A stretch of DNA of 64,000 nucleotides from Paramecium tetraurelia (Eukaryota): NCBI GenBank assembly GCA_000165425.1, contig CT868607.1:186001-250000 (forward strand), read 5' to 3'. Under the pieces are notes generated by a model. That model was not told the DNA's origin, made no database searches, and saw nothing but the letters and a program-made list of their open reading frames with translations. A program made the position numbers and the translations under genes. This document shows, one piece after another, positions 1 to 12,567 of this stretch (positions are counted from its first letter, which is position 1; each line of letters starts with the position of its first letter).

Positions 1-577
1 TTGTTTAAACTAGAGTAGCTATTTCTTCAAATGTTAATAATCTATTCATGTTCATTGGATAGCCCATGTTGTAATGCACCATTTACAACACACACCAATT
101 ATCGACTGGGATCATAAATTAATTTACTCTTGTGTAATCCTGATATTTATTATTAAAAATACATTGAAAACATTGAGCAATTCAGATGGTCTGAGTCCTT
201 TTTCTCCTTTAGCAATGAAAACTTCATAGGATCTTCTCAATTCATTTAATTATTTCCCAGTAACTTAATGTTATTGTGGTAATTCTAGGGTTCGTTCTTT
301 GATATAATCAGTCCAAGCTTAAAATTCTTGTGTTGCTAATTATTTTCTTGTTTCTATTTCTTTTGATTATCTATATTGTTATCTCGTTGGAGTGAGTCTT
401 TTTATTAGATTCTCATAATTGTTGCAATGATATAATCCCTAGCCAAATGGTTGTCTTCCTTCAATTTCTCTCATTTGTAAATGAACTTACTTTACAAATT
501 TTGGCAATTTATCTAAATAGATACTCTAAATTACATGGATTAACAAATTCAATCAAGCCCTTTGTTGCTACACTCAT
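1..577 (-). CDS. Hypothetical protein, 5' part (runs off the window start); possible degenerate EF-hand-like helices
   Basis: Table-6 ORF MSVATKGLIEFVNP...KGLRPSELLNVF...NRLLTFEEIATLV, with two short GTA...AG introns (near 140-162 and 513-534). Confidence 0.7.
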
Positions 578-621
578 TTAATTTTTAATTAAAATTTTAT
601 ACTTTTACATTCTGAATCGAC

Positions 622-2222
622 ATGGATGTGTTTTTAATAATAATAATATGCGTTCTGGGATTGCTATTGATGTACGTGAACATATATCTACTTGCTTTAT
701 ATTGCCATCCTGAAGATGGTGGATTCGGATCAACATTATTTTGTAAAATAGTTGTTGTACTGGGATTAAGCCTTTCTTGGTGCTAAACATTGATGTTAAC
801 TTTGGATGTTACTAATGAAAGAGAATAATAAGGCTTGGACATGCATTTATGCTGGATAATCATTTATATATCAGTATTTGTAATGCTGGTATTACTGATA
901 CCTCTTGCCATTTTTTATTATGAATCAGACGATGAAAAACCAATTGTAATAATTAACATTATCTAAGTGTCAAAGAATAAGCTTAACAATAGTTTAAGAA
1001 TTTATGGTCCTTGTATTTGCTTTCTTAACTATTTTCTTAACCTATTTCTGGTTAAGAGATGCCTTAGTACCTGTTACTGTTTAAGTATAAGATGCGGCAC
1101 TCCAATTCGAATCAAGTGAGATCGATCTTAACATTGATACCTTTACAATAACCGAAGAAAAACAGGATCACATTGCTACAACTATCGATCCAATCACATT
1201 TACTATCGGATTGATGTGCTTCCTTGGTTATTTCTTCTTAATTTTATATGGAGGCATTGGCATGGTTGCTTTGCCTTTAGACCTTGTGTGCTCATATGGA
1301 ACAAGACCAGTTTTTGTATTTATTATATAATACTCTAGAAAAGTGCTTCTTAAGCGACAGAAAAAAAAAATAGATTAAAAAGATTAGTAGCCTAGATGAT
1401 TGGTTATGCCAAATAATTAAGAGACATGGAGAAAGATGTGAAATGTGCAACTGGATGGTGGTCAAGAAGGAAATAAAATACTAAAGTAGAAAAAAGATAT
1501 TAGAAATTGGTTTCTGCAGTTAGTGAACTAGAAGAAGAATTTGAAATATTTTTGCTAGAATTAGATATTGGTAATGCCAATCCATTAGTTTACATTTTTA
1601 AATTGTTATTAGGAATTGTCTTATTCATCATTACATTAGCTTGGCTATTACACCTATTATTGTATGTAATAATAACCGTTGATGGAATCCCATTTTCCCC
1701 TTGGTTAAATAAGCTGTTTATATAATTAGATATTTATAATGTGGCATTTCTTTCTGTGTTTTTCTTTGGATTGTTTACACTTTATTTATTATGGTGTGTC
1801 ACCAAAGGAAATTTAGTATTTTCAATGCCATGGATTTTCAAATTTCATCCAATGAAGTAATCAAAATTTGTATTATTAGAATAAATGAAACTTGGATGAA
1901 CTCATTTTTATTCAACATTGTTCTGATTTTGATCAGTTCAGTTGCATTGTGCCACTTTAGTACTTGTGTCTTCTCTTAATATACGAGATTAACAACTGTA
2001 GATTTACTATTCGGAACTCAAATCAAATATCTGAAGATCTTTAGTTGGGCCTTTGAAAATAAAGTATTTGAATATTCTTTATTTTCTTGGACCATACTTG
2101 CAGGAATTATTCAAATGATCATGAAATGCAGAAAACCAAAATTACTTGATTAAATAGATTAAAAGAAGAAAAATTTGAAAGGAAACTACGAAATTGAATT
2201 AAAAGAACTATTTCTGAAATGA
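622..2222 (+). CDS. LMBR1/LMBRD-like multi-pass membrane protein
   Basis: MDVFLIIII...YCHPED...LDVTN...PLAIFYYESDD...YGGIGMVALPLDL...FHPM...ETWMNSFLFN are LMBR1-family motifs; introns at 946-967, 1316-1338 and near 1857-1879; TGA at 2220-2222. Confidence 0.9.
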
Positions 2223-2457
2223 ATATTATTATAATTAATTTTCAAATTAAAGTCCGTTTGTTTCAGCATATTTCTATTTTGATTATTCAAAACAGAATTT
2301 GCAAAGCAATAAAAATTTTAACTTTTTATCTCATTTTCTTAATCTACTTTATTTTATCAAATAAAATATAGATCTATCATTTATTTTATAAAGTGATATT
2401 TAAAAAAACTATATGATTATTTATAAATATCTTAATGACTTGATATGAACTGATAAA

Positions 2458-4855
2458 TCAGATATAAAATAGGACTTTTTACTTAACAAGGTCTGGTAAC
2501 GGTAGAAACTTGACTTGATCTCTATCATCATAGTTATCTCCAATGAAGTTGCAAAGACAATGAGCATATCTAACAGGAGCAGGGATTTTAATAGAGCCTG
2601 TGAAGTTGTAGAATAACCAGCACAATTTAAATGTCAAAACTTTGATGTCATCATCAAGACCTAGAATAAGAATAATAAGGTACCTGCTTGGTCTGAGTGA
2701 ATGATTTTATATAAGGAAGGAGTAACAGTTCCTTGTCTGGTTACTTGTGAAATTAAATAAAAGTTGGGGTTGGATTGTTCAACGACTTTAGGGTTGTCAA
2801 CACATGTTCCTGGTTAAGGATTATCTGGTCTGGCATTTCCACCAGTGTAGAATTTGGCTGAGACTCTCTTATTGCAGACAACTACTGAGATTTTAGTATC
2901 TGTAATTTGTAATTCCTCCAAGGCTTATTTGTATTATGGCAATTCATTAGCGAGTACTACAGCCTATTACCCATCACCAACACCATCTCTATAAATAATA
3001 ACCAATTTTGGAAAGATTCCATTCTATTCTTTGAAGGCTAGAAGAGAAGCTTTGAAAACCGATTAAAGATGCTAGCTGAATTCTCCAGATGTAACAACTT
3101 GAGAATAATATCTACTCAAGTTTCTATCAACAGTGCTGCAGAAGGCTAATTGATTTTTTCTACCACTTTTGACAAAACAATCAGTTCCACAAATCATAGT
3201 GGGTTGATTTTAAAAGGTTAGTGGTAAACTATCAATTGCCCATGGAGTGCCTCCAACTTTAGCATTGAGTTGGATTAATATTTTATTAACAATTGATCTT
3301 GTATTCTTTGCTAGTGTTTTTTCAACAACCACTTAGGATGCGCAACCAAACTTTTGCATAGATATTTTCTTAGCTGTTTTATACAATCTTGCTTTCTTCT
3401 TTTATCCTGGTAGAAGGAACAATAAGAATCCTACTTTGGCTTTATTGGCTTCAGCTTATTTTTAAAAGCCATCAAGAACTCTTTCTAAATCTTCATCTCT
3501 GTCTTATTCAATAGGGAATACTTTGGGAGCCATGAAAGCCTAAAATTTAAAGTCATTGCAGGCAGCTTAAAAGTTTTGCATTAAGGAATCCATAGTTTAT
3601 TGTCCAGTTTTCTTATTGTAAATGATACCCAAAATAAGTTATTGAGGAGGAGTTGAAAACATTTAGGTTTAAGTTTGTCTATCTAAATTTGTTTAAGGAC
3701 TTGATAGATCTAATTTTAATCCATTTCCCATCAACATGTTTCCTGGGTGGATTCTTCTGGCAGGAACATCCATACTTCCTGGGTTAATTTCTACTCCCCA
3801 CTCTTTGAATATTTATCTCTTAGTTCCAGCTTTTTTGTTGACAATTTCAGTGTTGGCTAATTGATTGGCAAATTCTTAAGCCATCTTCATTCTTTAATCA
3901 GCTCCTGGTTTGGTAACAACAGCTAAATTCTTCATGGCATTGAAATCCTAAGATTATTATAAAATTAAGTACGTTTCTAATGGCATCAGTTAATCCTGTC
4001 AATTAGCACAATTATGGAATCAAATGAATAGTTTTTTCTGTTTTATCTTATTTGCTTCTTACAGTAGCTCTGATTAATGGTTAATTTCCATCGACTTTCA
4101 CTTTATATCTTTATTCATAATATTAAGCAAAAGAAATGGTTTCACCTTTCTCATTTGTAAATGTGCTAGCTGGTTTGAGATTAACATCAACTGCTTCTAC
4201 TTTATAGAACTTTTTGTTGTAAGTAGTCATAACAATCTAATCTTGGATGCAAGATGGATTTCTAGTTTAATTCAATTCTTCTAAGGCAGATCTATATCTG
4301 AGCATTTTGAATGCACAATCAATAACCAAAGTGGGATTCTAAGCTCCTCCTTCTCCTGGTCTAAAAATGCATTCTACACCTGGCCAAATCTATAGATATA
4401 AACAATTTTCTTACTTCTAAATTTTAGTCCTTAAATTACTGTGCTCGACTGGACCAAAAGAGTTTCTATCCTTTGTTTCCCACAGAAACCATTTGTAATT
4501 GACTTCTGATCACTTATTTAAAGAGTCTTGAGATGATGATATTCAGATCAGCTTTATTTTCGATCTTTCCTACTAGTTTAAGAGTTGCAGTGTCTTGATT
4601 AGTCTCATTACCACTCAATGAGCCTAATACTAATCCATTATCGGCCTCTTGGATTAGTTTTGGTGAATAAATGTTCTAGTTCAAGCTCATAAATAGGATC
4701 AATTAGGTTTGGAGTTGAGGTCTGAATTTCTTGAGTGCCTCGCTGACTTTCTCTGGGGAGGAATCAGTTATTTCTAGTTTGTATTGGTAAACTGGTCTTG
4801 ATGGGTTCAATCTCATCTCATGGAAGTTTGCTTTGAGTTAAATATTTTGGAACAT
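2458..4855 (-). CDS. PTIWI: Piwi-clade Argonaute (Ptiwi), about 774 aa, PAZ-MID-PIWI
   Basis: PAZ (VMTTYNKKFYKV...SFAQYYEQRY...QPLI...LIPQLCQLTG), MID (SQVV...KILIQLNAKVGGTPW) and PIWI (MICGTD, IIYRDGVGDGQ, NKR, QGTVTPSLY, IPAPVRYAHCL) motifs. Introns 4390-4414, 3948-3972 and 2661-2683 leave 2325 nt = 775 codons. The paralogue number cannot be assigned without a search. Confidence 0.97.
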
Positions 4856-5359
4856 TTTGAATTATATACATTTATTACTTTGGTTGAATTACTTCATATA
4901 ATCATTTTACAAAAATTAAGCTAAACTCATTAGTGTGAGTCATAAGTTTAGTACAATTTATGTTCGAAATTAATTTATAAAATTTATAATTAATTCACTT
5001 CATATATTATATTATTAACCTAAACTACTAGTATAAAACTTTTGGGTTTTGATTGGTTTGGTAAGGAAATGGTGAAATGGTATTAATTGTATTAAAATGA
5101 TGTGTGTATATGTTATAAATGAGCATAAGTTTGAAAAAATATTGGTTATAAGAACAATCTTTTATTTTATTATTGCAATCCGTATACAAAAATTATAATT
5201 ATTGTAAAATGAACATTAAATTATATTATATGTTTAACAGTGATATACAATTTAAATATTTCCAATCAGATTTTATCAAGAATCAGAAATGTTAACAATA
5301 TAGTTCTTTAAATTAACTATATATAGAATGAAATTATAAAATAAATTAATTTCTATTCA

Positions 5360-7172
5360 ATGTCGACCTCCAAATCTATCATCGATGAGACCTATATCAA
5401 TGTTCATCTGAAAGGAGGCAATCTTCATTCGGAATTACTGCACATAGAGGCATCTTTCAACAAAGGTATTTAGGCGATTTAATTAAGGATAATTTAAGGG
5501 ATAATCAATTCCATTGAGATGTCAATGGTTTAACATCACCAAGGATTAGGATTTTGTGGAAATAGAGGATGTATCGGGACAATTCTATCAACCTTGTATT
5601 TTAGACATTGATACTAAGTAAATTCTGCAATAATCCTTTAAGAATTATGGTCCAAGCAATCCCGATTTTGGACTTTGAATATAATGGCATGCCCTTAGTG
5701 GCTGAAACCAATTTCTTGCAGGCTGATTCCAAAATCTTTGATTTAGTAGATTATCACATTATCATTAGGTTAATTAAGCATTCAATGAGGGAGAGATGCA
5801 ATTGAATTGTAAATTGGAAAATATCCAACCTCAAGATGATAACCAACCCTTTACAGATCTTAACTTACCTTAGATATGCACTTTGATTGCCAATGATCAA
5901 GGGTTGATGTTTAAGACTGATTAAAATAAGATGTTGTTCAATATCGAAAAGTACTAACTCAAGATTATTAAGAAAAATAACAATTAGATTGAAATCTTCA
6001 ATTAAAATATTAAACTATTAGTAGCATTAACAAATAATATCGTTCGAGATGCCATTTTTCAATTTAGCAAAACATTAAAATCAAAAAAAACTCATTTAAG
6101 TGACACAGCCTAATTGTATGTAACACTCTCTGATTATGAATAAAAGTTGACTTAAAAGGACAATGAAATTTCATAACTATAGGAAATCAAGCAAAAACTG
6201 ACCAAAAATCTTAATGAACTTTAATCTTAGTGCAATTTAAATAACAAAAAAATCGAATCAAATGATAAATAATTAGCACAACAGAATTTACAAGTGTAAA
6301 ATAAGGACAAAGAAATATATAATTTAAAATAATAGATTGATAAGTTGGATGGAAAAACTTAAATATTTATATAAGAAATTAAAGTGTTGAAGAGTTAAGT
6401 AATCTTATTAGAAAGCACAAATAAAAAGTTCTAACTTGAAATAGATGAATTAAAGAAGAATCAACACTAAAATTAAGATGAAATACGCGAAATGTTTTAT
6501 AAAGAAAAACTAGATAGCTTAAAATAACAAAATGATGTATAATTATATCTATTTAGAGAAATGCACAAAGGAAAATCAATAATGGCAACTCATTAATGAT
6601 TAGTTAATGAAAGAAATAAAAAAACTAGAAAGCAACAACATGCTTATTCTAGAAGAGAAAGAACTAATTTAAAATGAATTGAATAGTCTCAAAAAAAAAT
6701 ATGAGAGCTTGTTATAAGAAATTGAACTTAACTAAAAGAAAGAGAAATCAGACATCTCCTCTGAAGTAATGATTGTATTATAGACCTTAGAGTGATGTTC
6801 AGTCAAATAAATAATCTGAAATCATTATTAGCAATTCAATTGTTTAGAATAACAACAATGGTTCTTAGGATGAAATTAAAAGGTTGAAAATTACTATTAA
6901 TAACTTGGAAGCTACTATTAAGAAGTAAGAAAGGTGATAAATTTTAGTTTGAAATGTGATTATGAATAGGATATGCTTAAGTTAACAAATAAACACTTTT
7001 TAAAGAGCAATACTTCTCAAGAAATATAGATGTTGCAGAAATTAGTAAGAATGAAGAATAATATTAGGCTAATTCTTTGGCTGAAAGTCTATCAGATAAA
7101 GAATAAGCTTTATAAACTTAGAGAAACATTAATCGAGAACTACTGAATAAACTATCTGAATACACGAAGTGA
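5360..7172 (+). CDS. Protein with an Ig-like (AIR9/SCAB-type) domain, a PH-like segment and a long coiled coil
   Basis: PLRCQWFNITKDQDFVEIEDVSGQFYQPCILDIDTKIMVQAIP, then a beta-rich segment ending NNIVRDAIFQF, then heptad-rich Q/E/K/L sequence; several tiny introns. Confidence 0.7.
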
Positions 7173-7210
7173 TTAGGGGGAATAAATGCATTGATTAATA
7201 TTTATTATAT

Positions 7211-9198
7211 TCATTATTATTTAGGTGTTAATCTAAAATACTTATTTTGCAAAACTAAGGGAAGATGTGATTTAAACGAATTAGAATTAAATCTATCTAT
7301 TTGCCCAAATTTAGATGATTTGGGACTTGTTTATAATTATCTAGAAGTTGTTGAATGTATTCTTCTGGTTAATGTGCTTTCGGTAGGATATTTCTTTAAC
7401 CAATTTTGAGAACTATCCTAAAACTGATCCATGCTTTTTTTGATATCTTTTATATTGAATTGTTATTATTCTTTATTTTAGTTCTCTTCTTCTTCGTTGA
7501 AATTACTCTTTATTATAGGCTACGATGCAAATAATTTTGATAGAACATTGCTTATATGTACATTTAACTTAGGAGAGTCATGAGACATCATTTCTGTTTT
7601 TGGTCTTTGTTCAAATGAATTTTTTATGGTTTTAGAACCTTTCTTAGAAACCAAATTAATTTACTGCTCAGTTCTTTATCTTCTATGTTTTTGAGATTCA
7701 TATAATTAAGTCAGTAATGTACTATAATTCATTTCATATTTAGGAGGTTGCAAAGTTAAGGTAAGTTCTCTAATTTTTTTATCAACACACTATTTTTTAC
7801 TACCGACTTTAGAAACGAAAGTTTTATTGCGTACTAAAACTTTAGATTCCAGATCTTCATCAGTTAATAATTTTGGATTAAGTTATTCTTTGATTTAAGT
7901 TTTTTGAAGAATGGATTATTTCTCTGTTTAATCTATAAAATTCTTTTCATATGCTTTAATCTGTGCCAGAGCCTATTTTAGTTTATCGTCATTTAAGGAG
8001 TTCAGACTTTGCAATAATGGTGGGTCATTCTATAAGACTCTTAAGAAATCTCTTTTGGAGACAGAATACACAGTGTTGGATTCAAAAGTGGATATAAAAC
8101 TAAATTATCTACATAAGTCTTATTATTTTAATATTTCTAATTCTCCGAACATCTCGCCAGCACCAACAAATTTTAATGTCATACTTGACTTTTTGTCTCC
8201 AATGACAAGGTTTCCATATTTCTTTTTCTGATAGAGCATATCTATTTTGTCAGAATTAGATAGACTTGGTTTAGAGTATGCAAAGCGATCTTTCAATTTT
8301 TATAGATCATCTTAAGAACTATTCTCTTCAATTTCTTATGTTATTCTTAAAGTCTTAACTGCCTTGAATAATCATAAATTATTAATACTTTGAATTAACC
8401 AGTTTATATAAAATAGACTTCATTTGAAGGATCACCTTCTTTGAAAATAGTGTGATTAAGTCGATATTTATTTTATTTAATTACATCGAATAGAGATTTA
8501 ATACTCGTAAACTTCCAATCTCTAAAAATACTCAATTTAGCAAACTCTTCAAAATACATTTATCTTTGTTGGTTAATCTTAGTTTGAATAAATTAGGATT
8601 ACCACAGTTTTTTTGATAACCATATAATCTTCAGCTTCCAAGACTGCCAGATGAGTTGGAAGTATGGCCTTCACAGAGGCAGAACGAGGCTCGTTATTCT
8701 CAAGTGCTAACTCTCCAAAGCCCTATCCATCTTACAATTAGATTAATTCTTTATCTTAAAATTCCTCTTAGACTAATAATCTTTTATGGATAGATACCCT
8801 TCCTTATAAGATAATATAGAAGGTAGTACCAACATCCCCTTGAAATGAAATTTATTAATACCTTCTCGAAACAATGTTTGACCATAAGAAAGATATGTAT
8901 AGCTCATTTTTCTTAAACATCTTTCCCATAATAAGGGACCTTGATCTTTCTCTACTAATTTTTAGAAATAGTCTATATGAATAGTAGCTTTTTTAAGGAT
9001 TTCTATTTCCGATTGAGTTCTGTGATAAGATGATTTAGTGAGGATGATGCAGAGAATACCAAATATTTACTCCTATGTCAAAGTTTCATAAAGGGATTGG
9101 TCTTGTTCCATTTGGAGAATGTATTATTTGAGTTTTTTGTTTTCTTATTCTTTTAGAGCTTGTGTATTTAATGAGTTTTTGCGAATAAATTTATTCAT
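7211..9198 (-). CDS. Cyclic nucleotide-binding domain protein (two cNMP-like domains)
   Basis: LFRE/GDVGTTFYIILQGRV...GQGFGELALENNEPRSASVKA; a second repeat reads IFKEGDP...GAGEMFGELE. Confidence 0.88.
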
Positions 9199-9234
9199 TA
9201 TTATTTTAATAAGCAGGAAATTGGAAAATCCACA

Positions 9235-11170
9235 ATGAAGTGTCAGCAAACACCAACTCGTTTTCCAAAAATTAATTAATTTGAGACTCAATTCTCCCAT
9301 TTGTCATTGAGTAATTTCTAAGAATAAAAACAAAATCCTACCATTTGCAAAGGAATGTTGAGTATGATTAATCCTAAACCTCCTTGCGAAAATAAGAAAA
9401 TAAAGCAGACTAGTATATATGTTAACGAATAGGCCAATTTGAATAGAAAGCGCATTGTTTAAAGAGATGTCCAAAGGAAGAAGGCACTAGTTTTGACTTA
9501 GATTTGGCAGTCTTCAAAATACGCCCTTGTCAAAGGGAGTGCGAGCATAATCATAAGCAATGTCCATATTTCCATTCAGAAGGTGACTTGAGAAGACCAG
9601 GGACATATTATAAAGCAGAATTGTGTCCTTTTAAAGTAGAATAAAAAGAGTGTCCTCATGGTTATAGTTGTTGTAAAGCACATAATCAATACGAATTGTT
9701 ATATTAAGAAGACAATTATCGAAAACTATTTTGTCCCTAACCTTAAAATTGTTGTTTTGGCATGTATTGTCCTTATGCTCATTTTGAAAAGGACATCAAA
9801 TGTGAATTGATTCATCTCTATTAACATGATCAGGATTATTATATGTTTCATTACAAAACCATAGCATGTCCATACGCACTTTTTAATCACAATTTAGTAA
9901 TCTATAATTTAATTAGGTCAACTTGTGATTATTATCATAATGAGAGTGATAAACGTAGGAGAGTACAAGATATCTCTTATTAACCTTAATAGTGTCCAAA
10001 TTGGATGTAAAATAAGGGTTGTTCTAATGAATGCTCATCTTGTCATTCTATCTTTGAATATTATTTTCATCCTCATATGTATAAAACCTTTGAATGTACT
10101 TAGTAAAATTGTAATCGAGATATCTGCCCAGGATATCATGATGAAAAGGATTTCAGGTGAAATTTTGTTAATATAATTAAAGACAGCTAAATCCATTAGT
10201 TAGAAATGGGATAATGAAAATAGTGCCTAAGAATAGATTTGAAGAGAAACAACCAAAAACATAAATCAAGTTCCCAAGTATATATTAATGAACTATTTTC
10301 CAAATTTATATACTCTTTATAATTTAAATAAATTTTATGTCATTCTGTTAAGAGTAATTTTTTATTAATATGTGAAGACCCAAAGTTGACTGTCAATACC
10401 TGAAATCTATTTTAAAAAACCTTGATAACAGATTAAATACATTAGAGAATTCTAGTCAGAATTGTCAATAGCAATATCATCAAGTTTTGGATAAATTTAA
10501 TTAGGAATTAGTCATCCCTAAACTCAAACTAAATAAAATACAAATTGGATTTAGCGAAAACAATAATGTCCCTTAAAAGAAAGTCTTGGTGACTTTCGGA
10601 AACAAAGAGAATTTCAGAACCGACAATTGTGACCATGTAGGAGACAAAATAGATTAGACTACTCTTACTATTAACTAAGTCTCTCTTCAAGATAAAACTA
10701 TAGCATCTTAAAATTAGATGGGATAATAATTGCAATAGCCATAATAACAAGATTACAAATCTAACAATATTAATAAATAAACTAAACTCAAATTAGTCAA
10801 ACAGGATTCCAATCTGATCCAACCCATATTCTCAAAGAAGACCTCTGATTAATAATCAATAGGGACTAAATTTTACACTCGAAATAATTCTATACAATCG
10901 ACTCCTGTTAGATAGATTGGTTATCATTCTTCATTGGGAACTTCACCATTAAGAAGAAAGAATTCTTAAAAAAATAGTGACTTATTTATCAATTCATTGT
11001 AAATTGATGATATGATGCAAGGTCAAAGCAAGTTTCTCAAATATTTTCAATAAAATTATGGATCACTAAAATAATCCAAGAATTATGATAATACAGCGAA
11101 CAAGACTAGAACTTCTTTCAAATCTCAAAATGCGAGAGCCTTGGCTGATGCCTAGATTATACAAATATGA
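9235..11170 (+). CDS. Unkempt-like tandem CCCH zinc-finger protein
   Basis: FKIRPC...HNHKQCPYFHSEGDLRRP...YKAELCP...CPHGYSCCKAHNQYELLY...YRKLFC...YCPYAH...YKTIAC...FHPHMYKTFEC; a 20-nt intron at 9413-9432 restores the frame. Confidence 0.85.
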
Positions 11171-11268
11171 TTTTCATTTTATTCGCTTTTTCAAATTACT
11201 TAATTTAATGACAATTCAATTTTTGTTTAATAAAGCAATTTAGTAAAAACGATTTATTTATTAAAATA

Positions 11269-12525
11269 ATGAAAAGTATAGTAGCCATAACATTAGTTCT
11301 GTGTCTCCTTTCAAATCAAGTTTTGTCTAAAAAACATAACTAAGATGAAGAACATTCAGCATTTGAAAAAAGTACCATCTTATTATTAAAACAAGGCCAT
11401 AAAAAACTAGCTCTCTCCGATGATCCAGCCTATGGAAAATTAGAAGAAATTCAAGATCATCCACTTGGATCTAAGATTCTTTAAACCATTGCTCTTCAAT
11501 TAAGAGGCAACGAATCATTAAGTGCTGTTAGCAAATTATTGAATGATTTGAAAGGTGATCTTGAGGTACTTTATATACTCTATTCAAGGGCAAACAAATC
11601 GATGCTGATAACGAAAGAGCCCAAATTGGATCACAATGCAAAAAAGATCTTTAAAATTATAGTCAAAGAATTAGTTTGTCAATCAATGAAATCAAGGATG
11701 CCGAATTCAAAGCCAAAAGATTGAATGAAGCAATCGCTGTCTATCAAGCTGAAATCAATGAAAAGGCCAGATAAATCAAAGTCTTCTAAGCCAAAGATGA
11801 TACCTTAAGAGATATTAGAAGACAAGACAATTTAGATTTCTCAACCAGAACCACCTAAATGAAGGAGATGATCCAAGCCTTTGAAGTCATCTTGCCAAAA
11901 CTCCATTAAGTTTGGGATGTAGCTGCAGCTCACAAAGCTGGTTCCTTCATTGAAGAAGAAGCCATCAACGAAGCTTTAGTTCAATTGGCTAAGATTGGTG
12001 AAGAAAATCCAATCACTGCTATGGTTGCATTGACATCCACCTTAGAACCAACTGCAGTTTAGACCTTAATTGAAAAAATGGAAGCCATCAGAGATTCTAT
12101 CAAAGAAAGTATCTAAGCTGAAGAAGAAGCTGAAGCCAAGAATGCCAGAGTATGATCCTCATATTTATATATTTCTAGGACACCGACACCATTTTGGCAG
12201 CTATTTTCAATGCTATTGAAAGCTTGACCAGAGAGAAAGCAAGTGATGAGGAAGCATTATAAGAGACCATCAGAAACAGAGACATTCAAGACAAGAGAAG
12301 CAGAGATGCTCATGCTGTATCATATTATTCTATCATTAGGAATTCAATGCTGCTAAGAATGGAAACTAATAAAGAAACCAATAATGCCAAGAATACGAAT
12401 TATAATATCAATAAAATACCATTGAAAGAGATAAATAAGTCGCCATCATTAAGGATGTTTAAAACATCATAGCCACCAAAATAGAAGTTGTTACGTGCTT
12501 TGTTGAGGAAAACAATTTATTTTGA
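11269..12525 (+). CDS. Trichocyst matrix protein (TMP/GRL family precursor)
   Basis: Signal peptide MKSIVAITLVLCLLSNQVLS; LEEIQDHPLGSKILQTIALQLRG, coiled coils with conserved Cys (SQCKKD, QCQEYE); 3-4 tiny introns. Confidence 0.8.
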
Positions 12526-12567
12526 TATGAATTATATTACAATCATACAATTATAGAAAATTCCTCA

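Noticed and set aside
5041..5062. TTTGGG telomere-like hexamer
   Set aside because: It is a single imperfect unit, not a tandem G3-4T2-3 array, so it does not mark a chromosome end.
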